Shown: positions 51,248-61,918, counted from the stretch's first letter. The stretch: DNA of 64,000 bases from an uncultured Actinomycetes bacterium (GCA_963784835.1 CAWASM010000007.1:14694-78693); one strand, 5' to 3'. The notes: generated by a model not told the origin, from the letters alone. Numbers and translations are program-made.

Positions 51248-51330
51248 CGGAAAACAGTCAACGGAAACGGGGCAACTCCACAGCAACTAGGAAGGGGGGT
51301 CCGTTTCAAACCGCTGCAGAGGGGTTCACT

Positions 51331-54251
51331 TCAAAGCGCTGTTGACACAAGTTCCGAACCGACGTTGAACCGTTCCCGGAAGGCCGATTGAAGGCGCCGA
51401 TCGGCGGGGTCGGATATGACCACGGGCGAACGGGTGCGACGAGCTTCAGCCACCTGGGGCACCTCGGCGTCGGTGAAGCACGAACCTGCGGCCTCGGAGG
51501 TCGGGTGGACGAATTCGAGGCTCCAGCAGGCGCCAGAAAGAAGCATGACTCCACCTGAGTCGGCCGCAAGGGCACGAGTGGCGCGGTCGAGGACCCTACG
51601 CATTATCTCGGACAGCACCAAGGTCGAGGCTATGGCGGCATTCACCTCGTTAAGAGCAGTGCTCAGTCTGCTGGTTTCCTGCATCCGCGTCATGGCGCGC
51701 GTGAGCTCGTCGACGTCGACGAAGCTGAGCACTGCTCCCTCTATGCGTTTGCCGGCCGTCCTGTACGGTCTCACTCTCACCGAGAAGAAACGCCCGTCTT
51801 CGGTCTGCACGTCGCGGGAGGCCGGAGTGAGCGACGAGAGGGCATCGCGCAGGAATTGGTCGAGATCGGGGATGGATACTCTGAGGGCGATGTCGGTGAT
51901 CGGGCGTCCGACGTCGGATGGGATCATATGCAGTATCTCTTCGGTGCCGGGGGTGAACCGCCGGATGCGAAGATTGTCGTCCAGTATCACGATGGGAAGG
52001 TTCACGCTGGCGAGAATGTTGGAGATGTCGTCAAGGGCAGCGCCCAGCTGGGCGTTGCGTTGCTGCAGTTCGTCGTTGACGGTCGTCAGCTCTTCGTTTA
52101 CGGACTGGAGCTCCTCTTTGGCGGTCTCCAGCTCCTCGTTGGTGCTTTGCAACTCCTCGTTTGTCGATTGCAGCTCCTCGTAAGAGGCTCGGACCTCCTC
52201 CAGGCTCGTATCCTTTTCGTGGAGGACCTCCTGCACGTGCTCCCGGGCCGCCTCGAGCTCCTCGCGCAACACCGCTACTTCGGAGAGTTCCGCCTGCGCG
52301 GTCTCTGCAGTCCTCTCGGCTTGTGGCACCTTCTGCACGCTTGAGTCGCTCTTCTCTCGAAAGACGACGACGAAGTAGGTGCGTCTATCGGAGGCCCTAA
52401 ACGGCATCACTTCGAGATCCAGCCCTGCCCACCCCTGGTCGATCCTCACTCGCACGTTCTCTTTGCGGACGGACGCAAAGGTCTCGCGGGCCGTCTCGAG
52501 CGCCTTGCGCAGGTCGTGCGCCAGCCCTTCGCGGGCCAGCAGGAAGAGATCGAAGGAGGCCTTACCCGAGTGGTGTTCAAGATAGGCGGCGGTCGAGCCT
52601 CGGAAGGCGATGACTTCCATGTCTTCGTTGACGAGGACGCTCGAGGAGGCATACGCGGACGCCACAGCCCGATCGGCTTCGCGCTGGGCGTCGAACGAGT
52701 CAAGGCTGGTGCCCACCTCCCCCTCGGGCGCGGTTTGGACGGGAGTGTCGGTCACACGGCCGGCAGACGGTCTGGAGAAGACGATGGGCTGCTCTGCCGG
52801 AGCGGGCTGCTTCTTGTAGGCATGATGAGTCTTGTCGACGAGCCGAAACAGATTCGCCTGCCGGGCGATCGTCTCCGAACGGCCCAAGAGAAGGAACCCG
52901 TCGAGGCGTAACGCATAATGAAAGATCTTTACCGCTCGCTCCTGCAGGGTCCGCTCGAAATAGATCAGCAAGTTTCGGCAGCTGATGAAATCGAGATTCG
53001 AGAAGGGGGGATCGCGGGTGACGTCATGCCGGGCATAGGTGCAGAGGTGGCGCACATTCTCGTTGACACGGTAGCCCCCGTTCTCCGGGACGAAGAAACG
53101 AGCGAGCCGTTCAGGAGAGACCTCAGAGACGATCTCCGCCGGGTAGTAGCCCGCCCGAGCAATCGCGATGTCACGCTCGTTGATGTCGGTTGCAAAGATG
53201 CGGGTAGGCGGAAGGGGCCCATTGGCGGACTCAAGGAGAGCAATGGCCACACTGTACGCCTCTTCCCGGTGGAACAGCCGGCGACCCAGAACCGCAGTCC
53301 CTCCTCTCTCGCCTCTCGCCCGAGTATCTCGGGGAAGACCTCCTCCTTCAGGAAGTCAAAGGTCTCCGGATCGCGGAAGAACTCGGTGACCCCGATGAGG
53401 AGCTCGTGGTAGAGCGCTTCGACCTCGCCCGGTTCCTTTCTCGCGTAACTCAGATAGTCCTCAAGGTTATCTAGTTTGTGAACCAACATCCGGCGGGCGA
53501 GACGGCGCCTGAAGGTGGCGTGCTTGTAGCCACTGAAGTCTTGGCCGCTGACCTGGCGGAGAAGGAGAAACAGGTGGCCAAGAAGGTCTTCCTCGTCTGA
53601 GCCCTGCGGCCTGGTCCCTGGCTCGGCCCTCATGTGCGGATGGCGGGCAATCCTAAGTAATTCGTGGGCGATGCCCTTGGGGGGAAGAACGAAATCAACC
53701 GCGCCCGTCTCGTGGGCGTGCCGCGGCATTTCCGGATAACTCGCAGATTCGGGTTCTTGGGCGAAGGTGACTCCTCCCACGGCCCTGATCGCCACTAGGC
53801 CGCTCGACCCGTCGGAGCCCGTCCCTGAAAGAACGACACCGATAGCTCTCTGCTTGAGATCCTTGGCCAGCAGACGAAAGAAGTGGTCGATGGGCAAGTG
53901 GGCCGCCCCTGGATCCTTATCTCGGGGAACAAGCCGCAGGGTACCGCCCGCCACGGCGAGGTCGGCGGACCCGGGCATCACATAGACATGCCCAGGCTCC
54001 AAGCGAATGCCTTCCAGGGCTTCAAGGACGGGCATGCTCGTGGAACGGCCAAGTATCTCGGCCAGAAAGCTCTTCGTGCTTTCGCTCAGGTGCTGGATCA
54101 CAACAAACGCCATGCCGGTATCGCCCGACAGGCCGCCGAACAACTCTCGAAGAGCCTCGAGCCCCCCTGCGGATGCTCCGATGGCAACTATGGGGAACGC
54201 TCCCAGAGCCGACTTTCTTCTGTGGACAGGCTTGTCGGGGGTGGCGGTCAT
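51331..54251 (-). CDS. CheB methylesterase-CheR methyltransferase-PAS-coiled-coil-PAS-GAF fusion, frameshift near 53255, C-terminus cut at the IS3 end
   Basis: CheB: FPIVAIGASAGGLEAL...VVIQH...GVVLSGTGSDGS. CheR: TEFFRD...LRFWVAGCSTG / EEAYSVAI..., ISCRNLLIYF. The Glu/Leu heptad region is at 52000-52330. The partial GAF ends 3 nt from IS3. Confidence 0.85.
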
Positions 54252-54580
54252 AGTCGAGGTGACAACCGAGACGTGTGGTCCTGACTCAAGGTCCCTCCTC
54301 TGGCATCCAGGTCGCCCAGCTACTTGACCCCTACTACTACCCGAACTTAGCCCTGATTATCCCCTTGAGACTGCTGGCTCTCAAGTGCGCGGGTCTGCGG
54401 CTCCGTGACGAGCTGACCCCATGCGGTGGAAGTGGATACAAGCGGGCCGACGGCAATGTGCCCCCGGGCACCGTTTGATTGGGCGCACCGTCGGGGATGC
54501 TCAAAACTAAGGAGGCAGCTTCGCTACGACCGAACCTGCGACCTCTGAGGACGAACTCGACGAGCAGACAAGGAGTCATC

Positions 54581-55384
54581 ATGCTCCGAAAAGCCGAAGC
54601 GTTATACAAGTACACATTGGGTGCCGTAGATGGAGAGATCGGAAAGGTCAAGGACTTCTACTTCGACGACCGGACTTGGACCGTTCGCTATCTCGTGGCG
54701 GATACGGGAAGCTGGCTCGAAGAAAGGCTGGTGCTTATCTCTCCCTATGCGCTGGTCTCCGTCGATGAAGAGCGCGAGATCATCACTACGAACCTGACAA
54801 GAAAGCAGATCGAGAACAGCCCGCCGGCGGATTCCGATAAACCGGTATCACGCCAGTTCGAGGCCCTCTACTATGAGTACTATGGGTGGCCGGCATATTG
54901 GTACGGCCCGTATGCGTGGGGAGCGAACCCTCCCCGCGCCGTCCGCGAAAGAATCAGCGCAGGATGAGGAGACGGCCTGGGACAGCCATCTGCGCAGTGT
55001 GCGGGAGGTGGAAGGATATGGAGTCGGGGCTCGGACGGAGATATCGGCCACATCGCCGAGTTCGTCATCGACGATAAGGACTGGTCGATCCGCTACATGG
55101 TGGTGGACACGCGAAACTGGTGGCCTGGCAAGCACGTGCTGATGTCGCCGCAGTGGATAGAACGAGTGAGCTGGGATGATCGGAAAGTCTATGTCGACCT
55201 GGCCCGCGACACGATCAAGGATGCTCCCGAATACCCGCGCGATTCGGTTATCACCCGGGAGTACGAGATAGAGCTCTTTCTCCACTACAGCCGGGAGGGC
55301 TATTGGGCCCAAGCTGACCGCCCCTCGGATCCGGCGGATGGGGTCCCGCCGGATGAAGGCACGTTACACAGGAGAGAGGGATAG
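54581..55384 (+). CDS. tandem PRC-barrel domain protein (two frameshifts, 54950-55060)
   Basis: ATG 54581 follows AAGGAG. The first barrel is YTLGAVDGEIGKVKDFYFDDRTWTVRYLVADTGSW. The second is GDIGHIAEFVIDDKDWSIRYMVVDTRNWWPGKHVL. Confidence 0.8.
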
Positions 55385-55387
55385 ATA

Positions 55388-56540
55388 GTGGACTCACTCG
55401 ACAAGGACTACGCAGCGGGGCTCTTCCGGGGCTGTGAACCCCCCTGCCTCTCGCTCTACCAGCCGACTCATCGGCACCGTCCGGAAAACCAGCAGGATCC
55501 GATCCGGTTCGGGAACCTCGTGAAGGTACTAGAGGAATCGCTGCTGCAGAAGTATCCGAAGCGTGAGATCCAGACGCTCTTGGACCCCGTTCCTGGCATT
55601 GGCGGAAGACCGCGACTTCTGGGAGCATACCCTTGACGGACTGGCAGTGCTGGGGCGCAGAGGCGTGTTTCGAGTCTACAGGCTCCAGCGGCCGGTTGCC
55701 GAGTTGGCCGTCGTGGCCGATAGCTTCCACACGAAGCCTCTGCTGCGCATGCTTCAGTCGGCCGACCGCTACCAAGTCCTCGGCCTGAGCCGACAGGAGA
55801 TCAAGCTCTTCGAGGGTAACCGTGACTCCTTGGATGAGATCGAGCCGGCCCCCGGTGTCCCGCGGACGATCACCGAGGCGCTGGGGGGGGAATTGACCGA
55901 GCCACACCAGACCGTCGCCTCATACGGCGGCGTCGGCGGGTCGCACTCGGCCATGCACCATGGCCACGGTGGGAAGGAGTCTGAGGTGGACATCGACGCG
56001 GAACGCTTCTTCCGCGCCGTCGACCGTGGGATCCTGGAGCACCACTCCCGGCCATCGGCCCTTCCGCTGATCTTGGCGACGTTGCCGGAACATCGTCAGC
56101 TGTTCCACCAAGTCAGCCATAACCCGTTCCTGATGGACGAAGGCATCGATATCTACCCGGACGCCCTGCCTAGCGACGAACTCCGCCAGCGGGCCTGGCA
56201 GGTCATCGAGCCTCACTACCTGGAACGGCTGGACGCGCTGATCGAGGAGTTCGGCAGAGCAAAGGCCAAGGATCTCGGCGAGGAAGATGTGGCGCGCGTC
56301 GCCAAAGCGGTCGTTGCCGGGCGGGTCGCGACCCTGCTCATCGAAGCCGACCGCGAGATTCCCGGCCGGATCGACGCTGCGACCGGCGACATCGAGTTTG
56401 GGGACTTGGCGGACCCGGAGGTTGATGAGGTGCTCGACGACCTGGGGGAGTTGACCCTGAAGATGGGCGGACAGGTCGTAGTCGTCCCCACCGAGCGGAT
56501 GCCGACCAAGACGGGAATAGCCGCGATCTACCGCTACTAA
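55388..56540 (+). CDS. eRF1/Pelota-like protein (bacterial baeRF-type), frameshift near 55600
   Basis: N-terminus: CLSLYQPTHRHRPENQQDPIRFGNL. Middle domain: HGHGGKESEVDIDAERFFRAVDRGI, compared with eRF1 HGRGGQS...R....F.rkV. C-terminus: AVVAGRVATLLIE. Confidence 0.65.
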
Positions 56541-56553
56541 AGAGGATAGGCAC

Positions 56554-56871
56554 ATGCAGATTCAGATCAACACCGACAGCAACATTGAAGGCGACAACGC
56601 GCTGGCTCAGCAGGTCGAAACCACGGTGAGGGAGACCCTAGACCACTTCAGCAAGCACATCACGCGGGTTGAAGTCCACCTCAGAGACGAGAACAGCGGC
56701 AGCAAGTCCGGCACTGAGGACAAGCGTTGCCTGCTGGAGGTCCGTCTCATCGACCACCAACCGATCGCGGTGAGCCATCATGCCTCTACCGTGGAGCAGG
56801 CCGTCGACGGTGCTGCTAAGAAAATGAAACGTTTGCTCGTCAGCACTCTCGGGCGGTTGAACAGCCGCTAG
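56554..56871 (+). CDS. short HPF/RaiA-family ribosome-associated protein
   Basis: MQIQINTDSNIEG.......VETTVRETLDHFSKHITRVEVHLRDENS......DKRCLLEVRL....PIAVSH.A.TVEQAVDGAAKKMKR matches the short S30AE family. Confidence 0.8.
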   Translation: MQIQINTDSNIEGDNALAQQVETTVRETLDHFSKHITRVEVHLRDENSGSKSGTEDKRCLLEVRLIDHQPIAVSHHASTVEQAVDGAAKKMKRLLVSTLGRLNSR

Positions 56872-56919
56872 TGTCCATCGGCTTTCGGGCGGCCTGTGGG
56901 TGCCGAATGGAGGGGCCTG

Positions 56920-57564
56920 ATGAAACATCGGTGCGTTGCCGTCGCGACCGCCCTGGCAGGCGCGGGGGCTGCCTACGTGCTTCTTGCGCGGCCCCGGCAT
57001 CTGCGCTGGGGCGCGACCGACCAGGAGTTCCGCGGGACTCTGCCCGGCGACGACCTCCTGGCGAACCCCGACCTGACCGCCACTCGCGCCATCACTGTTC
57101 GCGCCGCGACCGATGATGTCTGGCCGTGGCTCGCCCAACTGGGGCAGGGTCGAGGCGGATTCTACAGTTATGACTTCCTTGAGAACCTCGTCGGCTGCAA
57201 CATCCATAGCGCGGATGTCATCGTGCCCGAGTGGCAGGCACTCAAGGTCGGCGACCAGGTGAAGCTCCATCCGGACGGGCCGCTTGAAGTAGCCATCCTC
57301 GAGCCGGGGAGAGAACTTGTTCTTCGCGGCGGGGTTCCGATGGGGGACACCCCGCCTCCCTATGACTTCACTTGGGCCTTCGTGCTCCAAGAGCTGCCGG
57401 ACGGGGCGACCAGACTTCTGTCCAGAGAGCGATATGCGTACACGAAGTGGTGGACGCCGCTTCTCGTCGAGCCCGTTGAGGCGGTCAGTTTTGTGATGAG
57501 TCGAAAAATGCTCCGTGGCATCAGGGACCGGGCGGAAAGCGCCGCCGCGCGGCCGGTGCAGTAA
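56920..57564 (+). CDS. SRPBCC (START/polyketide-cyclase-like) family protein
   Basis: VWPWLAQLGQGRGGFYSYDFLEN is typical of SRPBCC proteins that carry an N-terminal TM segment. Confidence 0.65.
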   Translation: MKHRCVAVATALAGAGAAYVLLARPRHLRWGATDQEFRGTLPGDDLLANPDLTATRAITVRAATDDVWPWLAQLGQGRGGFYSYDFLENLVGCNIHSADVIVPEWQALKVGDQVKLHPDGPLEVAILEPGRELVLRGGVPMGDTPPPYDFTWAFVLQELPDGATRLLSRERYAYTKWWTPLLVEPVEAVSFVMSRKMLRGIRDRAESAAARPVQ

Positions 57565-57575
57565 CCGGAAGGAGG

Positions 57576-58412
57576 TTGCAGGTGTCTGGCAACGCGACGG
57601 TACTCGGATTGGTGGGCAGTCCTAACCGCGAAGGCAGGACGTTTCGGTTGGTGAGTGCTGCTCTTGAAGGGGCGGCGAAGGCAGGCGCGGAGGTCGAGCT
57701 CGTGCAGTTGTCCGACCGCGTGGTAGCAGCCTGTAAAGACTGCGAGCCGTGGACGTGCTTGACCGAGCTGAAATGCGCATACTCCGATGCCGGTTTCGAG
57801 TACCTGGCCGGCAAGCTGTTGAGCTGCGGCGCGCTGGTTCTCGGAACGCCGATCTACTGGTGGGACACCTCGGCGATGGTGAGGTTGTTGATCCTCAAGA
57901 TGTTCCGGGTGTTCGCCCGCTCGGGTCCGCTGTCAGGACTTCCGGCAGTCGGCATAGGGGTGGCTGGTGGAACCGGCAACGGTCTCGTGTCCGGACTGCG
58001 GCCCGTGTACCATTTCTTCCAGATGCTGCAGATGCGCGCCCTGGATCCGCTTCCTGTGACTCGGTTCAATTGGGACTGGGCGATCTCTCAGGCAGAAGAG
58101 CGAGGGACCGCCCTGGCCTCCATGGCAAGGGGGCGCCATCCCTTCGACGGCCTGGAAGAAAGACTTCTGTGGTATGACGACCTTCCGTATCTGAGCATGA
58201 GCCGCAGCGCCGAGCGCCGGCTGCTCGCGGCGCTCTCCACGGCGGCCGCCTCCGACGCCGCTCCTGCCGGTATCGCCGGCCTTCTCGCCGAGGCCGAGCA
58301 GCTTGCCGCCGCCGGCGAGGCCCTGGAGTCGCTCAAGGTCACCAGCTCGATCTACGAGAAGACCCTAAGTGCCTACGAGTCCGGAACAATCACGGGAAGC
58401 AGGAGGAAGTGA
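57576..58412 (+). CDS. flavodoxin-like NAD(P)H-dependent FMN reductase / iron-sulfur flavoprotein-like
   Basis: The sequence has LGLVGSPNREGRT, a C..C..W.C cluster, and VLGTPIYWWDTSA. Confidence 0.65.
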   Translation: MQVSGNATVLGLVGSPNREGRTFRLVSAALEGAAKAGAEVELVQLSDRVVAACKDCEPWTCLTELKCAYSDAGFEYLAGKLLSCGALVLGTPIYWWDTSAMVRLLILKMFRVFARSGPLSGLPAVGIGVAGGTGNGLVSGLRPVYHFFQMLQMRALDPLPVTRFNWDWAISQAEERGTALASMARGRHPFDGLEERLLWYDDLPYLSMSRSAERRLLAALSTAAASDAAPAGIAGLLAEAEQLAAAGEALESLKVTSSIYEKTLSAYESGTITGSRRK

Positions 58413-59188
58413 TGGACAGACTCCAGGGCAAAGTAGCGATCGTCACGGGAGCCGGGTCGGGCATCGGACGGGCGGTGGCGATAGCGTTCGCCAAGGAAGG
58501 GGCCAAGGTGGTGGTCAACGATCGCCGCACCGATGGCCAGGGCGAAGAGACCGTGGAAGCCATCCGCGCCTCCGGCGGCCAGGCGATCTATGTGTCGGCC
58601 GACGTGTCGCGCGAAGACGACGTGAAGAGGCTCATCGCATCCACGGTGGAGGCCTTTGGCCGGTTGGACGTGATGGTGAACAACGCCGGGGTCATGGTGG
58701 CCAAGCCGCTGCAAGAACTCACGGAGGAGGACTTCGACCGCGTCACGTCAGTCAACCAGAAGGGGACCTTCTTCGGAACCAAGCATGCTGTTCCGGCCAT
58801 GATCGCCGGCGGAGGTGGGTCGATCATCAACACCTCGTCCATCGCGGCGGACCACGCACAGCACGGGGGCTTCGTGTACGGCGCTACGAAGGGCGCCATC
58901 CTCTCCATGACCCAGACCGCTGCCGCGGAACTGGGGGAGTTCGGCATCCGCGTGAACGCCGTGCAACCAGGGGTGATAGAGACCGGCATAGTGGCCGCTT
59001 CCAACATCGAGGAGCCGAAGTGGCTGACCGAGCGCATCCTGCGGGAGACTCCGCTGGGGCACAGAAAGGGTGAGCCCGAGGACTGCGCGCCGCTCTACGT
59101 GTTCTTGGCCTCCGATGAGTCGGCCTTTGTCACCGGGCAGAAGATGGCGGTGGACGGTGGGGTCTCGGCCGACAGCCACATAATCTAG
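58409..59188 (+). CDS. SDR-family oxidoreductase
   Basis: Motifs are VTGAGSGIGRA, NNAG and YGATKGA. The ATGA overlap links it to the upstream gene. Confidence 0.9.
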   Translation: MMDRLQGKVAIVTGAGSGIGRAVAIAFAKEGAKVVVNDRRTDGQGEETVEAIRASGGQAIYVSADVSREDDVKRLIASTVEAFGRLDVMVNNAGVMVAKPLQELTEEDFDRVTSVNQKGTFFGTKHAVPAMIAGGGGSIINTSSIAADHAQHGGFVYGATKGAILSMTQTAAAELGEFGIRVNAVQPGVIETGIVAASNIEEPKWLTERILRETPLGHRKGEPEDCAPLYVFLASDESAFVTGQKMAVDGGVSADSHII

Positions 59189-59195
59189 TCTCGCG

Positions 59196-59708
59196 CTACC
59201 GCCACTGGTCGTAGGAGACGATCTCGCCGATTGACTTGCGGCTCTTTGGCCTGGGATTGTCAGCTGGGTAACCCAGAGTCATCACCGCGACCACCTTGGC
59301 CGACTTGGGGATGCCCAGCACTTCGCGAACCTGGTCTTGATCGAACGCTCCGATCCAGCAGGTGCCCAGGCCCTCGGCCGTGGCCGCGAGGGCCAGGTGT
59401 TCCATGGCGATGGTGACATCTACGGGATCGCCCGGAATATCGCAGCGCATCACGCGGTCCGGCATCAGCCCGACGCCGGCCACTACCACCGGCGCCTCAG
59501 CGAGGAACTGCTGATCAGCGCAGGCCGCCACCAGTCGACGGCGGACCTCCCCGTCGCGGACGACTACGAACTTCCATGGTTGTCGATTCGACCCGGAAGG
59601 GGCGAGACGGACGGCCTCGAGGATACGGTCCAACTTGTCCTGCTCGACGGGGCGAGGCTGGTAAGAGCGGACCGAGTATCGCGATTTGACCAGTTCGAGG
59701 AGTTCCAT
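59196..59708 (-). CDS. nitroreductase-family protein
   Basis: The N-terminus reads RYSVRSYQPRPVEQDKLDRILEAVRLAPSGSNRQPWKFVVV. Confidence 0.85.
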   Translation of the reverse strand: MELLELVKSRYSVRSYQPRPVEQDKLDRILEAVRLAPSGSNRQPWKFVVVRDGEVRRRLVAACADQQFLAEAPVVVAGVGLMPDRVMRCDIPGDPVDVTIAMEHLALAATAEGLGTCWIGAFDQDQVREVLGIPKSAKVVAVMTLGYPADNPRPKSRKSIGEIVSYDQWR

Positions 59709-60046
59709 GGGTCACCTCTGCTTATGGTTGTGTCGATGGGTAGCGGCCCAGAGTCTATCGGCGGGTCGAGCGGCGGTCAATCGGCGGTCCTGGGAGCACT
59801 ACTGGCTCATAGCGCTCGGCGAGAACCCGCCAGAACGTGACGTCGGTGGCCAAGAGCGACCACCCGGTCTTCCTGCACGAGCTCAAGGAGGCGCTCTCTC
59901 AACTGGGGGAGGGGGCGGTGCACGCTTCCCTGCTTAGCACGCATCTTACGAGGGCCTTACTCACTCAGGGCTATCCTGGGGCGAGCAGGCGGAGTATCGA
60001 CCGAACACGCTTGCGATGGAAGGAAGTAGCGGTCAACGAGGAGGCA

Positions 60047-60814
60047 ATGTTGAGCGACACAGATGATCAAACCATGGCCGCCGAGGCGGGAGTACCCGCG
60101 GAGGCTACTGAGCCGGCTAGTGTGCCGCAAACCGCGACGAGTCCGCGTCGCGATAGCTGGTTCAGAAATGGCCTGCGCAACGGTATCATCGCGGCTGTAG
60201 TAGTCGTGGTGGCCGGCGCTTTCTTCACGATCGGGTGGTTCACGTCCACGCGTGGAGACCACGGCCGTTCTGTTGAGAGGGCCGGAATCGAGCAGCGGAT
60301 GAACCTGCCCCAGTCGGGCGTCCCGCAAGGCGGCACCGACCAGCAAGGTTCGAACCAGGCGCAGGGCCACCGTGGCCGCAATTGGGGGATGAACGCACCC
60401 CAGCAAGGACAGGCTCAGGGTCAAGCCATCCCCAGAGGCCAGTCGCAATCCAACGGTCCGTCCACCCAGCAACCCCCGTCCACCCAGCAGGCTCCATCCG
60501 TCCAGCAGGGTTATCTCGGCGTGGGGCTGGAAACGGTCACCGCCGCGCTGCAGAAGCAGTATGACCTCTCCAGCTCAAGCGGGGCTTTGGTCACGGCGCT
60601 TGATGACAGTGGGCCCGCAGTCCAAGCTGGCATCCGTCAAGGTGACGTCATCACCGCTATCGACGGGGCGACGGTGACGCAGCAACAAGACGTCGTGAGT
60701 GTCGTCACGCAGAAAAAGGCTGGAGACTCTGTCTCTGTCAGCATCGACCGCAACGGCCAAAGCCTGACTATTCAGGTGACGTTGGCGTCAAGACTGGCCT
60801 CCGTCTCCGGATAG
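60047..60814 (+). CDS. membrane-anchored PDZ-domain protein
   Basis: ATG 60047 follows GAGGAGG. It has a TM segment, a Gln/Gly-rich linker, and a PDZ domain: GYLGVGLE....GALVTALDDSGPAVQAGIRQGDVITAIDG. Confidence 0.7.
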   Translation: MLSDTDDQTMAAEAGVPAEATEPASVPQTATSPRRDSWFRNGLRNGIIAAVVVVVAGAFFTIGWFTSTRGDHGRSVERAGIEQRMNLPQSGVPQGGTDQQGSNQAQGHRGRNWGMNAPQQGQAQGQAIPRGQSQSNGPSTQQPPSTQQAPSVQQGYLGVGLETVTAALQKQYDLSSSSGALVTALDDSGPAVQAGIRQGDVITAIDGATVTQQQDVVSVVTQKKAGDSVSVSIDRNGQSLTIQVTLASRLASVSG

Positions 60815-60865
60815 CACCCGGGCCTTCAGCACCTCCAGGGGACGCTCGGTCGCTCCCCTGGAGGT

Positions 60866-61054
60866 GTGAGGATCACAGCGCTCCTGGTCGACTCCACCGC
60901 CGACCTGCCGGCCAACCTGGCGCTAGACCCCGACCTCACCATCGTCCCACTGACGGTGCCAGGCAGAGCGCAGGCCACACATATAGACGGCCGTCGGCAA
61001 CGGTCGGCGGCAATACTGGTTTCACAACCATGCGCAGTGGAACAAGAGACTTGA
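60866..61054 (+). pseudogene. DegV-family N-terminal stub
   Basis: MRITALLVDSTADLPANLALDPDLTIVPLTV is the usual DegV start. The ORF ends after 62 codons. Confidence 0.5.
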
Positions 61055-61096
61055 GACAGGCCAGGCCGGCAAGTCACTTGGACAGGAGGAGAGACC

Positions 61097-61918
61097 GTGA
61101 GGCTTGAAACTGGGTGGATGGAGTATGCAACGGCGGACAAGGCCTGCTCCGCGTATCGCGCTCGACCGATCGCGGCGCATGGTCCGTTGCCCGGGATCCT
61201 CGTCATCCAGGAGGTCTGGGGTGTCGACGAGCACATCCAAGACCTATGCGACCGTTTCGCGACAGCAGGCTATGTCGCGCTAGCACCGGAACTCTACAGC
61301 GTGGGTGATCGACCAGCGGAGCTTGCTCCCACCCGTATCGCCGCCGTGAAGGCGTTTCTAGAGACGGTGCCGCCACCAGTCTGGACCGATCCCGAGGAGC
61401 GCAGTCGAGCGGTGGGCCTGCTGCCTGACGGAGAGCGGGAAGAAGTGGCCGGTACCATGGCGCGCCTGTTCGGTCCTCGGGACTGGGAGGGGCAGCTGCG
61501 AGCGCTCGGCGACGGGATCCGTGCGCTGCAAGAAGACCCGGCCTGCGACGGGCGGATCGGCGCGGTCGGCTGGTGCATGGGGGGAGCCTTCTGCGGTCGC
61601 CTTGCGGCTCGCGAGCGGACGTTGGCCGCGGCGGCCATCTTCTACGGCGCGCCACCTTCGGCGGAGGAGATCGCGACGATCGGCTGCCCAGTGATGGGCT
61701 TCTATGGGGCGGAGGACACGCGTATCACCGAGGCGGTGCCGGCTTTTTCGGAGGCCATGAAGCGTGCCGGGGCCAGCCTCGAATACCTTGTCTACCCCCA
61801 CGCACCCCATGCCTTCTTTAACGACACCCGGCGTTCCTACCGGGTAGAGGCGGCTCGGGACGCTTGGGCTAGGTGCCTCACGTTCTTCGCTTCGCACCTG
61901 GGACCGGCCCTCCCGTGA
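61097..61918 (+). CDS. dienelactone hydrolase family protein
   Basis: Recognisable motifs are PGILVIQEVWGVDEHIQDLCDRFATAGYVALAPELY, GAVGWCMGG, and HAF near the C-terminus. Confidence 0.85.
   Translation: MRLETGWMEYATADKACSAYRARPIAAHGPLPGILVIQEVWGVDEHIQDLCDRFATAGYVALAPELYSVGDRPAELAPTRIAAVKAFLETVPPPVWTDPEERSRAVGLLPDGEREEVAGTMARLFGPRDWEGQLRALGDGIRALQEDPACDGRIGAVGWCMGGAFCGRLAARERTLAAAAIFYGAPPSAEEIATIGCPVMGFYGAEDTRITEAVPAFSEAMKRAGASLEYLVYPHAPHAFFNDTRRSYRVEAARDAWARCLTFFASHLGPALP

Larger units (their letters stand above)
50035..51328 (+). mobile_element. IS3-family insertion sequence (ends approximate)
   Basis: TGACCCTCTAGAAATGGACC at 50035 compares with the reverse complement of 51294..51328, TGAACCCCTCTGCAGCGGTTTGAAACGGACC. 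This is an imperfect inverted repeat with a gap. It encloses orfA and orfB. Confidence 0.6.
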
